From positions 8,990,001 through 9,054,000 of the forward strand of contig OX597843.1 in assembly GCA_951406725.2 (NCBI GenBank): DNA of 64,000 nt, written 5' to 3'. The DNA comes from Octopus vulgaris. Its lineage: Eukaryota. Shown in pieces: positions 31,201 through 44,189 of the stretch. Numbering within the stretch: position 1 is the first letter of the stretch; each line of letters opens with the position of its first letter. The notes below the pieces were generated by a model. It had not been told where the DNA came from. It made no database searches and worked only from the letters and a program-made list of their open reading frames with translations. Both the position numbers and the translations under genes were made by a program.

Positions 31201-34200
31201 TGGCCTGGCCTGGCCTGGCCTGGCCTGGCCTGGCCTGGCCTGGCCTGGCCTGGCCTGGCCTGGCCTGGCCTGGCCTGGCCTGGCCTGGCCTGGCCTGGCC
31301 TGGCCTGGCCTGGCCTGGCCTGGCCTGGCCTGGCCTGGCCTGGCCTGGCCTGGCCTGGCCTGGCCTGGCCTGGCCTGGCCTGGCCTGGCCTGGCCTGGCC
31401 TGGCCTGGCCTGGCCTGGCCTGGCCTGGCCTGGCCTGGCCTGGCCTGGCCTGGCCTGGCCTGGCCTGGCCTGGCCTGGCCTGGCCTGGCCTGGCCCTGGC
31501 CTGGCCTGGCCTGGCCTGGCCTGGCCTGGCCTGGCCTGGCCTGGCCTGGCCTGGCCTGGCCTGGCCTGGCCTGGCCTGGCCTGGCCTGGCCTGGCCTGGC
31601 CTGGCCTGGCCTGGCCTGGCCTGGCCTGGCCTGGCCTGGCCTGGCCTGGCCTGGCCTGGCCTGGCCTGGCCTGGCCTGGCCTGGCCTGGCCTGGCCTGGC
31701 CTGGCCTGGCCTGGCCTGGCCTGGCCTGGCCTGGCCTGGCCTGGCCTGGCCTGGCCTGGCCTGGCCTGGCCTGGCCTGGCCTGGCCTGGCCTGGCCTGGC
31801 CTGGCCTGGCCTGGCCTGGCCTGGCCCTGGCCTGGCCTGGCCTGGCCTGGCCTGGCCTGGCCTGGCCTGGCCTGGCCTGGCCTGGCCTGGCCTGGCCTGG
31901 CCTGGCCTGGCCTGGCCTGGCCTGGCCTGGCCTGGCCTGGCCTGGCCTGGCCTGGCCTGGCCTGGCCTGGCCTGGCCTGGCCTGGCCTGGCCTGGCCTGG
32001 CCTGGCCTGGCCTGGCCTGGCCTGGCCTGGCCTGGCCTGGCCTGGCCTGGCCTGGCCTGGCCTGGCCTGGCCTGGCCTGGCCTGGCCTGGCCTGGCCTGG
32101 CCTGGCCTGGCCTGGCCTGGCCTGGCCTGGCCTGGCCTGGCCTGGCCTGGCCTGGCCTGGCCTGGCCTGGCCTGGCCTGGCCTGGCCTGGCCTGGCCTGG
32201 CCTGGCCTGGCCTGGCCTGGCCTGGCCTGGCCTGGCCTGGCCTGGCCTGGCCTGGCCTGGCCTGGCCTGGCCTGGCCTGGCCTGGCCTGGCCTGGCCTGG
32301 CCTGGCCTGGCCTGGCCTGGCCTGGCCTGGCCTGGCCTGGCCTGGCCTGGCCTGGCCTGGCCTGGCCTGGCCTGGCCTGGCCTGGCCTGGCCTGGCCTGG
32401 CCTGGCCTGGCCTGGCCTGGCCTGGCCTGGCCTGGCCTGGCCTGGCCTGGCCTGGCCTGGCCTGGCCTGGCCTGGCCTGGCCTGGCCTGGCCTGGCCTGG
32501 CCTGGCCTGGCCTGGCCTGGCCTGGCCTGGCCTGGCCTGGCCTGGCCTGGCCTGGCCTGGCCTGGCCTGGCCTGGCCTGGCCTGGCCTGGCCTGGCCTGG
32601 CCTGGCCTGGCGGCCTGGCCTGGCCTGGCCTGGCCTGGCCTGGCCTGGCCTGGCCTGGCCTGGCCTGGCCTGGCCTGGCCTGGCCTGGCCTGGCCTGGCC
32701 TGGCCTGGCCTGGCCTGGCCTGGCCTGGCCTGGCCTGGCCTGGCCTGGCCTGGCCTGGCCTGGCCTGGCCTGGCCTGGCCTGGCCTGGCCTGGCCTGGCC
32801 TGGCCTGGCCTGGCCTGGCCTGGCCTGGCCTGGCCTGGCCTGGCCTGGCCTGGCCTGGCCTGGCCTGGCCTGGCCTGGCCTGGCCTGGCCTGGCCTGGCC
32901 TGGCCTGGCCTGGCCTGGCCTGGCCTGGCCTGGCCTGGCCTGGCCTGGCCTGGCCTGGCCTGGCCTGGCCTGGCCTGGCCTGGCCTGGCCTGGCCTGGCC
33001 TGGCCTGGCCTGGCCTGGCCTGGCCTGGCCTGGCCTGGCCTGGCCTGGCCTGGCCTGGCCTGGCCTGGCCTGGCCTGGCCTGGCCTGGCCTGGCCTGGCC
33101 TGGCCTGGCCTGGCCTGGCCTGGCCTGGCCTGGCCTGGCCTGGCCTGGCCTGGCCTGGCCTGGCCTGGCCTGGCCTGGCCTGGCCTGGCCTGGCCTGGCC
33201 TGGCCTGGCCTGGCCTGGCCTGGCCTGGCCTGGCCTGGCCTGGCCTGGCCTGGCCTGGCCTGGCCTGGCCTGGCCTGGCCTGGCCTGGCCTGGCCTGGCC
33301 TGGCCGCCTGGCCTGCGGCCTGGCCTGGCCTGGCCTGGCCCTGGCCTGGCCTGGCCTGGCCTGGCCTGGCCTGGCCTGGCCTGGCCTGGCCTGGCCTGGC
33401 CTGGCCTGGCCTGGCCTGGCCTGGCCTGGCCTGGCCTGGCCTGGCCTGGCCTGGCCTGGCCTGGCCTGGCCTGGCCTGGCCTGGCCTGGCCTGGCCTGGC
33501 CTGGCCTGGCCTGGCCTGGCCTGGCCTGGCCTGGCCTGGCCTGGCCTGGCCTGGCCTGGCCTGGCCTGGCCTGGCCTGGCCTGGCCTGGCCTGGCCTGGC
33601 CTGGCCTGGCCTGGCCTGGCCTGGCCTGGCCTGGCCTGGCCTGGCCTGGCCTGGCCTGGCCTGGCTGGCCTGGCCTGGCCTGGCCTGGCCCTGGCCCTGG
33701 CCTGGCCTGGCCTGGCCTGGCCCCTGGCCCCTGGCCTGGCCCTGGCCTGGCCCTGGCCTGGCCTGGCCTGGCCTGGCCTGGCCTGGCCCTGGCCTGGCCT
33801 GCCTGGCCTGGCCTGGCCCTGGCCTGGCCCTGGCCTGGCCTGCCTGGCCTGCCCTGGCTGGCCTGGCCTGGCCTGGCCTGGCCTGGCCTGGCCTGGCCTG
33901 GCCTGGCCTGGCCTGGCCTGGCCTGGCCTGGCCTGGCCTGGCCTGGCCTGGCCTGGCCTGGCCTGGCCTGGCCTGGCCTGGCCCTGGCCTGGCCTGGCCT
34001 GGCCTGGCCCTGGCCTGGCCTGGCCCCTGGCCTGGCCTGGCCTGGCCTGGCCTGGCCTGGCCTGGCCTGGCCCCTGGCCTGGCCTGGCCCTGGCCTGGCC
34101 CTGGCCCCTGGCCCTGGCCCTGGCCTGGCCTGGCCGGCCTGGCCCTGGCCCTGGCCTGGCCTGGCCTGGCCCTGGCCCTGGCCCTGGCGCCTGGCCTGGC

Positions 34201-34260
34201 CCTGGCCCGCCTGGCCTGCCTGGCCTGGCCCTGCCGCCCTGGCCGGCCCTACCCTGGCCC
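22238..34260 (+). repeat. ~12 kb (CCTGG)n array in telomeric position, grading into CCCTGG variants
   Basis: Near-perfect pentamer; interruptions are mostly single-C indels; CCCTGG/CCCCTGG density rises after ~33300. Confidence 0.97.
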
Positions 34261-34483
34261 CCCTACCCTAACCCTAACCCTACCAACCCAACCCCAACCC
34301 AACCCACCCCCACCAAACCCTAACCCTCCTGCCCCCCCGCCCTACCCCCTAACCCTAACCCTACCCTAACCCTAAACCTAACCTCCCCCTAACCCTAACC
34401 CTAACCCTACCCCTAACCCTACCCAACACCCCTAACCCAAACCCCAACCCCAACCCCAACCCTAACCCAACCCTTAACCCTAA
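34261..34483 (+). repeat. Degenerate telomeric (CCCTAA)n, the C-strand of TTAGGG
   Basis: ccctaaccctaaccc runs with CCCTA/CCCCAA variants; TTAGGG is the ancestral metazoan repeat and is reported in molluscs. Confidence 0.9.
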
Positions 34484-34494
34484 TTTAATAATAT

Positions 34495-35172
34495 GCGAGA
34501 GGAGTAACTCTAGAAAGGGAGATAACTAAAAAAAAATCTGCCAGGGTTACCGCCCTTACATCTAGTTAATTTACTATTATGTATTATTAATTTGAAATGT
34601 TCAAGGGAAGTAACTCTAGAAAGGGAGATAACTAAAAAAAAACTCTCCCAAAAACCTCCCTTACATCTAATTCAATTACTATTATTTGTTATTAAATTGA
34701 TGTATTCAAGGGGAGTAACTCTAGGAAGGGAGAGAATTACTACCCTTGAATACTTCAATTTAATAACACAATACTAATTTAATTAGATGTAAGGGAGATA
34801 ACTCTGGAAGATTTTTTTAGTTATCTCCCTTCCTAGAGTTACTCCCCTTGAACATTTCAATTTAATAATACATAATATTAGTTTAATTAGATGTAAGGGA
34901 GATCTTTTTGTTCTCTACAAAGGAAGATAACTAAAAATCTTCCAGAGTTACCTCCCTTATATCTAATTAAATTACTATTATGTATTATTAAATTGAAATG
35001 TTCAAGGGAGTAACTCTAGAAAGGAGATAACTAAAAGATCTTCCAGAGTTACCTCCCTTACATCTAATTGAATTACTAATATGTATTATTAAATTGAAAT
35101 ATTCAAGGGGAGTAAATCTCCTAGAGATATATAAAAAAATCTTCAAAAGTTACCTCCCTTACATTTAATTAA
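34495..35172. repeat. Telomere-associated ~105-120 bp repeat in forward/inverted/forward arrangement
   Basis: gtaactctagaaagggagataactaaaa...cccttacatctaatt at ~34501, 34608 and 35007; reverse complement at ~34737-34910; related pieces near 37965, 44510 and 46180-46340. Confidence 0.85.
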
Positions 35173-35504
35173 ATAACGACTATTATCAAAATGTGTCATG
35201 GAAGCTAATTAACTCTACAATATACTGTTCAGACGTAACACTTTTACTCCTTTCCTTGTTTAGTCATTTCAATCTGCCCATGCTGGAGCACAGCCTTTTC
35301 TAGAGCAAATCGACACTAGGACTTTTATCTACGTCAGTCTAGTATTTATTCTGTTGGTCTTCTTTTCCCGAACGGATAGGTTAATGGAGTGTAAAATTCA
35401 CCGACATCGCTTGTGAAACGGTTTTGGGGACATCGAAACACACACATATATACATATATATAAACATCTATATGTATATACATGTTTCTCTCTATATATA
35501 TATA

Positions 35505-36358
35505 TTGCAGAAACAATACTGCTGTCTTTAGTGTTCCCACTGATATTGACGTAAGAGAAGCGAACGAAGTTGACTCCCAACACAAAATTGCAGACATAAC
35601 CTTCACTCCCTCTGACATCGTAGCAGCAATAAATGAGGTCAAATACTACTCTGCTGTAGGCCCTGATAGATTCCCCGTTAGTCTCCTGAAGGAATGTAAA
35701 CACCAACTTGCAGTCCCACTGACCAACCTCTGGAGAAATTCGTTAGATGCAGGTATATACCAAAACAGTTTCTATCCCAGTCAGTCAACCCGGGTTTCAA
35801 ACAGGGAAACGGATCCCTCGCACTCAACTATCGCCCAATGTCACTCACCTCCCACATCATCAAAGTGTTTGAAAGAGTGTTAAGATCAAGGATGGCTGAC
35901 TTCCTGGAGACCCAGAAACTACTAAATGCAAATCAGCATGGCTTTCGCTGTGGCAGGGACTGTCTAACACGGCTCTTACACCACATTGAAGATGTACTCA
36001 AAGCCTTGGGAACAGGTTCGAACACTGATGTCATATATCTTGACTTCAGTAAAGCGTTCGACAGGGTAGACCATAATATCCTACTCTCAAAATTGGCAAA
36101 TGTTGGAATCCATGGAAAAGTTCTACACTGGATCAAGTATTTCCTGGCGAATACAACACAACATGTTGTAGTTGATGGAGTCCACTCAAGCCAAGCAAAA
36201 GTCACCAGCGGTGTCCCTCAGGGGTCTGTCTTGGGTCCGCTACTCTTCATAATCTACATAAACGACCTTTCCAGTGTCGTACATTACTGCAAAGTGAACA
36301 TATTTGCTGATGACACCAAGCTCCAGCAAATCGTCAATGAAGAAGCAGACCGATCCAG
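35505..36358 (+). pseudogene. CR1/L2-group LINE reverse transcriptase fragment
   Basis: SAVGPDRFP, SLTSHIIKVFER, QHGFR, YLDFSKAFDRVDH, SGVPQGSVLGPLLFIIYINDL, FADD; frameshifted and truncated. Confidence 0.92.
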
Positions 36359-36473
36359 GTATGTAGATACGGGGTGCTTAACACTCGCAAATCTGGAGTC
36401 ACTAAAGGTGCAATTGAACTTCTTTTCATTTAGAACTTAGGGATCTGCAAATGTCGGTATCTTAGAGATGCTT

Positions 36474-37312
36474 AAAGTGTTTGTTCTAGCTGTAATTGTC
36501 GCATACAAACAGACGCTCACACACGTATACACAGAAATAAAAACATTCACACAAACACAAACACTGAAATGAAAACAGTTACATACCTACACATGCACAC
36601 ACACAAATAGAAATGAAAATAGTCACACACAAACATACGCACCCACACAGAAATGAAAACGCAGTTACACATTCACACAAAACCCTAACTAGCATAAACA
36701 TACAATTTATTCAGAATGTAGAGGGGCATTGGGTGCTTTGCACTCGCAGTTAGAATATCAGCTCCCTCCACGCCAGAATTAGAATTTCTGTCATCCACTT
36801 GTGAAATTAATACATTGACGACACATGGGAAAAATATGAGCAACATCTGAAGCCACTAAAGGTGCACGACGTAGGAATGGCTGTTGTAAATAGTTTGCTT
36901 ACGAACCACATGGTTTCGGGTTCATTCCCACTGCCTGTCATCTTCTGCAATTGTTACTATTGTAGCCCAGGGCCTAGCTAATCCTTGTGATGGGATTTAG
37001 TGGAAGGAAATTGATAGAATCTCGTCGTATATACGTTTAAATGTGTGTGTGTGTGTGTGTGCATGTGCGTGTGTGTGTGTGTGTGTGTGTGCGTGTGTGC
37101 GTGCGTGTGTTTGTGTGTGTCTGTGTATGTTCGCACTCGAAGGGCAAACGAGAATGCACGCACGTACTATCACACATACAGATGCAAGTTTTCTTAATAA
37201 AACGGAATGAACTCCCATTCCATCCTTTACAGTTTCTTTTTTGTTTTAGATACTACATATACGTGTGTTGGTATATTCACGTATATCTGTATGTATATAT
37301 TTATATATATAT

Positions 37313-37358
<46 letters not shown>

Positions 37359-37415
37359 TATATATAAATATATATACGACGCTATGTACGACATATAAAT
37401 ACACAAACACATACA

Positions 37416-37447
<32 letters not shown>

Positions 37448-37990
37448 AAGGTGCAATAAATTGACTTATTTTGATTTAGTATTTAGTGATCACCAATGTG
37501 GGTATCTTACAAATGGTCAAAGTGTTTGTTGTAGTTGTAAGTGACGTACACACAAATAGAAAAACTCAGTCGCTCACACACTCGCGCACACAGAAATAAA
37601 AACACTCTCACACACAAACACTGAAATGAAAATACCCACTCACATAAATAAAAACAGTCCCACACACACAAGGAGCCCCAATAGGTCTATCAAAAAAGTT
37701 TCTAGTATTTTTCCTAACCCTAACCCATAATTTATGATAATTGAAATTCTTACAATAAATAAATAACTACTAAATAAGTATATCGAACATTACGTCCCCG
37801 TAACTTATCGGTTCTGCAAAAGAGACCTATACATTAAGTAATAGGCATACAAAGAATAATTTCTGGGCTTGATTTGCTTCACTAAAGGCGGTGCTCCACC
37901 ATGGTCGCAGTGAAATAACGGAAAGAGTCTAAGAGAGACAAAGCGTATATTACGATAACTACATACTTAAGGGAGATAACTACTTAAGGG
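36474..37990. repeat. Subtelomeric duplicated block, rearranged paralog of ~44600-46205
   Basis: 36700-36865 matches 45510-45675; 37449-37985 matches 45668-46205; 37134-37290 matches 44604-44765. Confidence 0.85.
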
Positions 37991-38000
37991 AGGTAATTAC

Positions 38001-41000
38001 GTGGCCCTGAATTACATGCACCTGAATGTCCTGCCCCTTAATTACATGGCCCTGAATTACATGGCCCTGAATTACATGACCCTGTATTACCTGCCCTTGA
38101 ATTACCTGTACCTGAGTTACATGTCCCTGAATTACATGCACCTGAATTACCTGCCCGCCAATTACCTTCCCCTGAATTACATATCCCTGAATTACATGTC
38201 CCTGAATGACATTCCTCTAAATTACCAACCGCTGCATAACCTGCCCCTGGATTACATTACCCCTGAATTACCCGCCCCTGAATTACATGCCCGAATTACA
38301 TGCCCCTGAATTTCATGCCCCTGAATTAACTGCCCCTCAATTACCTGCTCCTTAATTACATGGCCCTGAATTACATGGCCCTGAATTTCCTGCCCCTTAA
38401 TTACATGCCCCTGTATTACCTGCCCTTGAATTACCTGCCCCTGAGTTACATGTCCCTGAATTACATGCACCTGAATTACCTGCCCCTCAATCACCTTTCC
38501 CTGAATTACATGTCCCTAAATTACATGCATCTGAATTACCTGCCCCTGAATTACAAACACCTGAATTAGATGCCCCTGAATTACCTGCCCCTCAATTACA
38601 TGCACATGAATGACCTGACCCTGAATGATATGCCCCTCAATTATCTATCCCTAAATTACCTGCCCCGGAATTACCTGCCCGTGAATGTCATGCCCCTGGA
38701 TTAACTGCCCCTGAATTACATGCCACTGAATAACATACACCAGAATAAGATACACCTGAATTACCTGACCCAAAATTACATACCCCTGAATTACCTGCCC
38801 CTAAATTACATGCATCTGAATTACCTGCCCCTGAATTACATGACCCTGAATTATCTGCCCCTCAATTACATGCCTCTTAATTACATGCACCTGTATGACC
38901 TGACCCCGAATTATCTATCCCTAAATTTCCTGCCAATGAATTACCTGCCCGTGAATGACATGCCCCTGAATTACCTGCACCTAGATTACCTGCCCCAGAA
39001 TTACATGCACCTGGATTACCTAACCCAGAATTACATGCCCCTGAATTACCTGCCCATGAATGACATTCCTCTAAATTACCTGTCCCTGAATTACCTTCCC
39101 CTGAATTACATTCCTCTGAATTACCCACCCATGAATTACATGCCCCTGAATTACATGCCCCTGAATTACCTACCCCTGAATTAACTACCCCTCAATTACA
39201 TGCCCCTGGATTACCTAACCCAGAATTACATGCACCTGGATTACCTAACCCAGAATTACATGCCCCTTAATTACATGCCCCTGAATTACCTGCACCTGAA
39301 TGACATGCCCCTGAATTACGTGCCCCTGAATTACCTCCCCCTGAATTACCATCCCCTGAATTTCATGCCCATGAATTACCTGCCCCTGAATTACCTGCCC
39401 CTGAATGACCTGCCCCTTAATTACATACCCCTGGATTACCTGTCCCTGAATAACCTATACCTGAATAACCTGACACTCAATAATCTGCCCCTGAAGTTCC
39501 TGCCCCTAAATTACCTTCCCCTGAATTACATGCCCCTGAATTACCTGCCCATGAATTACATGCACCTGAATTACATGCGCCTGAATTACATACACCTGAA
39601 TTACCTGCCCCTGAATTACCTGCATCTGAATTACCTGCTCCTGAATTACATACACCTGAATTACCTGCCCCTAAATTATGGGCCCCTGAATTACCTGTCC
39701 CTGAATGACATGCCCCTCAATCACAAGCCCATGAATGACATTCCTATAAATTACCTGTCCCTGATTTACCCCTGAATTACCTTCCCCTGAAAAACACTCC
39801 TCTGAATTACCTGCCCGTGAATTACCTGCCCCTGGATTACCTTCCCCTGAATTACACTCTAAATTACCTGCCCCTGAATTACCTGCCAATGAATGACATT
39901 CCTCTAAATCACCTGCACCTGAACTACCTGCCCCTGGATTACCTTCGCCTCAATTACCCGCCCATGAATTACATGCCCCTGAACTACCTGCCCCTTAATT
40001 ACATGTCCTTGAATTATTTGCCAATATTCCTCTAATTTACCTGCACCTAAATTACTTGCCCCTAAATTACATGCCCCTGAATAACCTGCCCATGAATTAC
40101 ATGCCCCTGAATTACATACACCTGAATTACCTGACCCTGAATTACATGCCCCTGAATTATCTACCCCCGAGTCCCTGAATAACCTGCACCTGAATTACCT
40201 GCCCCTGAATTACATACACCTGAATTACATGCTCGTGAAATACGTGCCCGTGAATTTCCTGCCCCAAAATTACGTGCCCCTGAATGACGTGCCCCTGAAT
40301 GACATGCCCCTCAATTACCTGCCCATGAATTACATACACCTGAATTACATGCCCGTGAATTACCTGCCCGTGAATTACCTGCCCCTATATTACATGCCAC
40401 TCAATTACCGACCCATGAATTACCTGCCCCTGAATAACATACACATGAATTAACTTCCCCTCAATTACCTGCCCCTGAATTATATACCCCTGAAGTACCT
40501 GCCCCTAAATTACATGCATCTGAATTACCTGCCCCTGAATTACAAACACCTGAAATACATGGCCCTGAATTACCTGCCTCTTATTTACATGCACCTGAAT
40601 GACCTGCCTCTGAATTATCTATCCCTAAATTACCGGCCCCTGAATTACCTACCCGTGAATGACATGCCTCTGAATTACCTGCACCTAGATTACCTGCCCC
40701 TGAATTACATGCCCCTGAATCACCTTTCATCTGAATTACATGCCCCTCGATTACCTGCCCCTAAATTACCTGCCCATGAATGACATTCCTCTAAATTACC
40801 TGTCCCTGAATTACCCCTGAATTACCTTCCCCTGAAATATATTGCTCTGAATTACCCACCCACGAATTACATGCCCCTGAATTACCTACCCCTGAATTAC
40901 ATACACCTGAATTACATGCCCCTCAATTACCTGCACCTGAATTACATGCCCCTGAAATACATTGCTCTGAATTACCCACCAACGAATTACATGCCCTTGA

Positions 41001-44000
41001 ATTACATGCCCCTGAATTACCTTCCCCTGAATTACATACATCTGAATTACATGCCCCTCAATTCCATGCCCCTGAATGACATGCCCCTTAATTACTTAAC
41101 CCTGAAGTACCTGCCCCTGAATTACCTGCCACTAAATTACATGCATCTGAATTACCTGCCCCTGAATTACAAACACCTGAATTACATGACCCTGAATTAC
41201 CTGCCCCTCAATTACATGTCTCTTAATTACATGCACCTGAATGACCTGCCCCTGAATGACATGTCTCTGAATTGTCTATCCCTAAATTATCTGCCCCTGA
41301 ATTACCTGCCCGTGAATGACATACCCCTGAAATACCTGCACCTAGATTACCTGCCCCTGAATTACATTTCATCTGAATTACATGTCCCTGAATGACATTC
41401 CTATAAATTACCTGTCCCTAAATTACCCCTGAATTACATTCCTCTGAATTACCTGCCAATGAATGACATTCCTCTAAATCACCTGCTCCTGAATTACCTG
41501 CCCCTGGATTACCTTCCCCTCAATTACCCGCCCATGAATTACATGCCCGAATTACATGCCCCTGAATTACCTGCCCCTGAATGAAGTGCACCTGAATTAA
41601 ATGCCCCTGAATTACATACACCTGAATTATCAGCTCCTGAATTACATGCCCCTGAATTATCTGCCCCTGAGTCCCTGAATTACATGCCCGTGAATTACCT
41701 GCCCCTAAATTACATGCCCCTCAATTACCTACCCATGAATTACATACACCTGAATTACATGCCCTGTGAATTACCTGCCCCTGAATGACATGCCCCTCAA
41801 TTACCTGCCCATGAATTACATGCCCCTGAACTACCTGCCCCTTAATTACATGTCCCTAAATTATCTGCCAATGAATGACATACCTCTAATTACCTGCCCT
41901 GACATACCCTCTAAATTACCTGCCCCTGAATTACATACCCCTGAATTACCTGCCCCTCAATTACATGCCTCTTAATTACATGCACATGAATGATCTGACC
42001 CTGAATGATATGCCCCTGAATTATCTATCCCTAAATTACCTGCCCGGAATTACCTGCCAGTGAATGACATACCCCTGGATTAACTGCCCCTGAATAACCT
42101 GCCCCTGAATAACATACACCTGAATTACCTTCCCCAGAATTACATGCCCCTGATTTACCTGCCCCTGAATTACATGGCCTTCAATAACCTGCCCCTCAAT
42201 TACATGCACCTAAATGACCTGCCCCTGAATTATCTATCCCTAAATTACCTGCCCGTGATTGACATACCCCTGAATTACCTGCACCTAGATTACCTGCCCC
42301 TGAATTACATGCTCCTAAATTACATGCCCCCTGAATTACATGCCCCTGAATTACCTGCCCCTGGATTACCTAGCCCTGATTTACCTGCCCCTGAATTACA
42401 TGGCCTTCAATAACCTGCCCCTCAATTACATGCACCTAAATGACCTGCCCCTGAATTATCTATCCCTAAATTACCTGCCCGTGATTGACATACCCCTGAA
42501 TTACCTGCCCCTGAATTACCTGCCCCTGAATTACATGCCCCTGAATTACATGCCCCTGAATTACATGCCCCTGAATTACCTGCCCCTGGATTACCTAGCC
42601 CTGAATTACCTGCCCCTGAATTACCTTCGCTGAATGACATGCCCCTGAATGACATGCCCCTGAATCACCTGCCCATGAATTACATGCACCTGAATTACAT
42701 GCCCCTGAATTACATGCAACTGATTTACATGCCCCTGAATTACACTCCCCTGAATTATTTACCCCTGAGTCCCTGAATAACCTGCACCTGAATTACCTGC
42801 CCCTCAATTACCTGCCCATGAATTAAATGCCCCTGAAGTACCTGCCCCTAAATTACATGACCCTGAATGACCTGCCCCTGAATGACATGCCTCTGAATTA
42901 TCTATCCCTAAATTACCAGCCCGTGAATGACATGCCCCTGAATTACCTTTCATCTGAATTACATGCCCCTGGATTACCTGCCCCTAAATTACCTGCAGAT
43001 GAATGACATTCCTCTAAGGTACCTGTCCCTGAATTACCTTCCCCTGAATTACATGCCCCTGAATTACATTCCTCTGAATTACCCACCCACGAATTACATG
43101 CCCCTGAATTACATACACCTGAATTACAGACACCTGAATTACAGACACCTGAATTACATGCCCCTCAATTACATGCCGCTGAATTACCTAACCCTGAATT
43201 ACCTGCCCCTGAATTACCTTCCCTGAATGACATGCCCCTGAATTACATACCCATGAATTACATGCACCTGAATTAAATGCCCCTGAATTAAATGCCCCTG
43301 AATTACATGCCCCTGAATTACCTGCCCCTAAATTACATGCCCGTGAATTACCTGCCCCTGAATGACATGCCCCTCAATTAACTGCCCGTGAACTACCTGG
43401 CCCTAAATTACATGCCCCTCAATTACCTGCCCATGAATTAAATGCCCCTAAAATATCTTCCCTGAAGTACCTGCCCCTAAATTACATGCATTTGAATTAC
43501 GTGCCCCTGAATTACAAGCACCTGAATTACCTGCCTCTTAATTACATGCACCTGAATGACCTGCCCCTGAATTTCATGCATCTGATTTATCTATCCCTAA
43601 ATTACCAGCCCCTGAATTACCTGCCCGTGAATTACATGCCCCTGAAATACATGCACCTCGATTACCTGCCCCTGAATTACATGCCCCTGGATTACCTGCC
43701 CATGAATGATATTCCTCTAAATTACCTGTCCCTGAATTACGCCTGAATTACCTGCGCCTGGATTACCTTCCCCCGAATTACATTCCTCTGAATTACCCAC
43801 CCACGAATTACATGCCCCTGAATTACATACACCTGGATTACGAGCCCCTCAATTACCTGCACCTCAATTACATGCCCCTGAATTAAACATGCCCCTGAAT
43901 TACAAGACCCTGAATTACCTGTCCATGAATGACATTCCTATAAATTACCTCCCCCTGGATTACCTTCCCCTAAATTACATTGCTCTGTATTACCTGCCAA

Positions 44001-44058
44001 TGAATGACATTACTCTAAATCACCTGCACCTGGATTACCTTCCCCTCAATTACCCGCA
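38001..44058. repeat. ~6 kb 15-bp satellite, consensus CCCTGAATTAC(A/C)TGC, ~400 diverged units
   Basis: Clear 15-bp periodicity (LNYMP/LNYLP in translation) with substitutions and occasional indels. Confidence 0.97.
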
Positions 44059-44189
44059 CAACAATCTATCTTCTTCGAGCACATCGTCAGCAGCACTTAT
44101 TCTTTCTAAGCCTAGTATTTATTCTAACTTATTCTTTTCTGCCGAGCCGCTGAAATACAGGGCGAAAAACACACCAGCATCGTTTGAAA

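Noticed and set aside
22087-34369. Three ~4000-aa (PGLAW)n ORFs
   Set aside because: A 5-bp stop-free repeat is open in all frames, and the ORFs start across an N gap; not protein coding.
35505-36358. Telomere-specific retrotransposon (TRAS/SART/HeT-A-like) maintaining the chromosome end
   Set aside because: It is a truncated CR1/L2-type fragment 1 kb inside the subtelomere, not inserted in telomeric repeats and not in a head-to-tail array.
36715-36862. Coding exon (…IDDTWEKYEQHLKPLK), duplicated at ~45524-45670
   Set aside because: Stops interrupt the frames I translated and the donor is weak; at best a decayed pseudo-exon.
38001-44058. (LNYMP)n pentapeptide-repeat or LRR-like protein
   Set aside because: Frequent stops and frameshifts, no unique domain and no splice structure; this is a 15-bp satellite.
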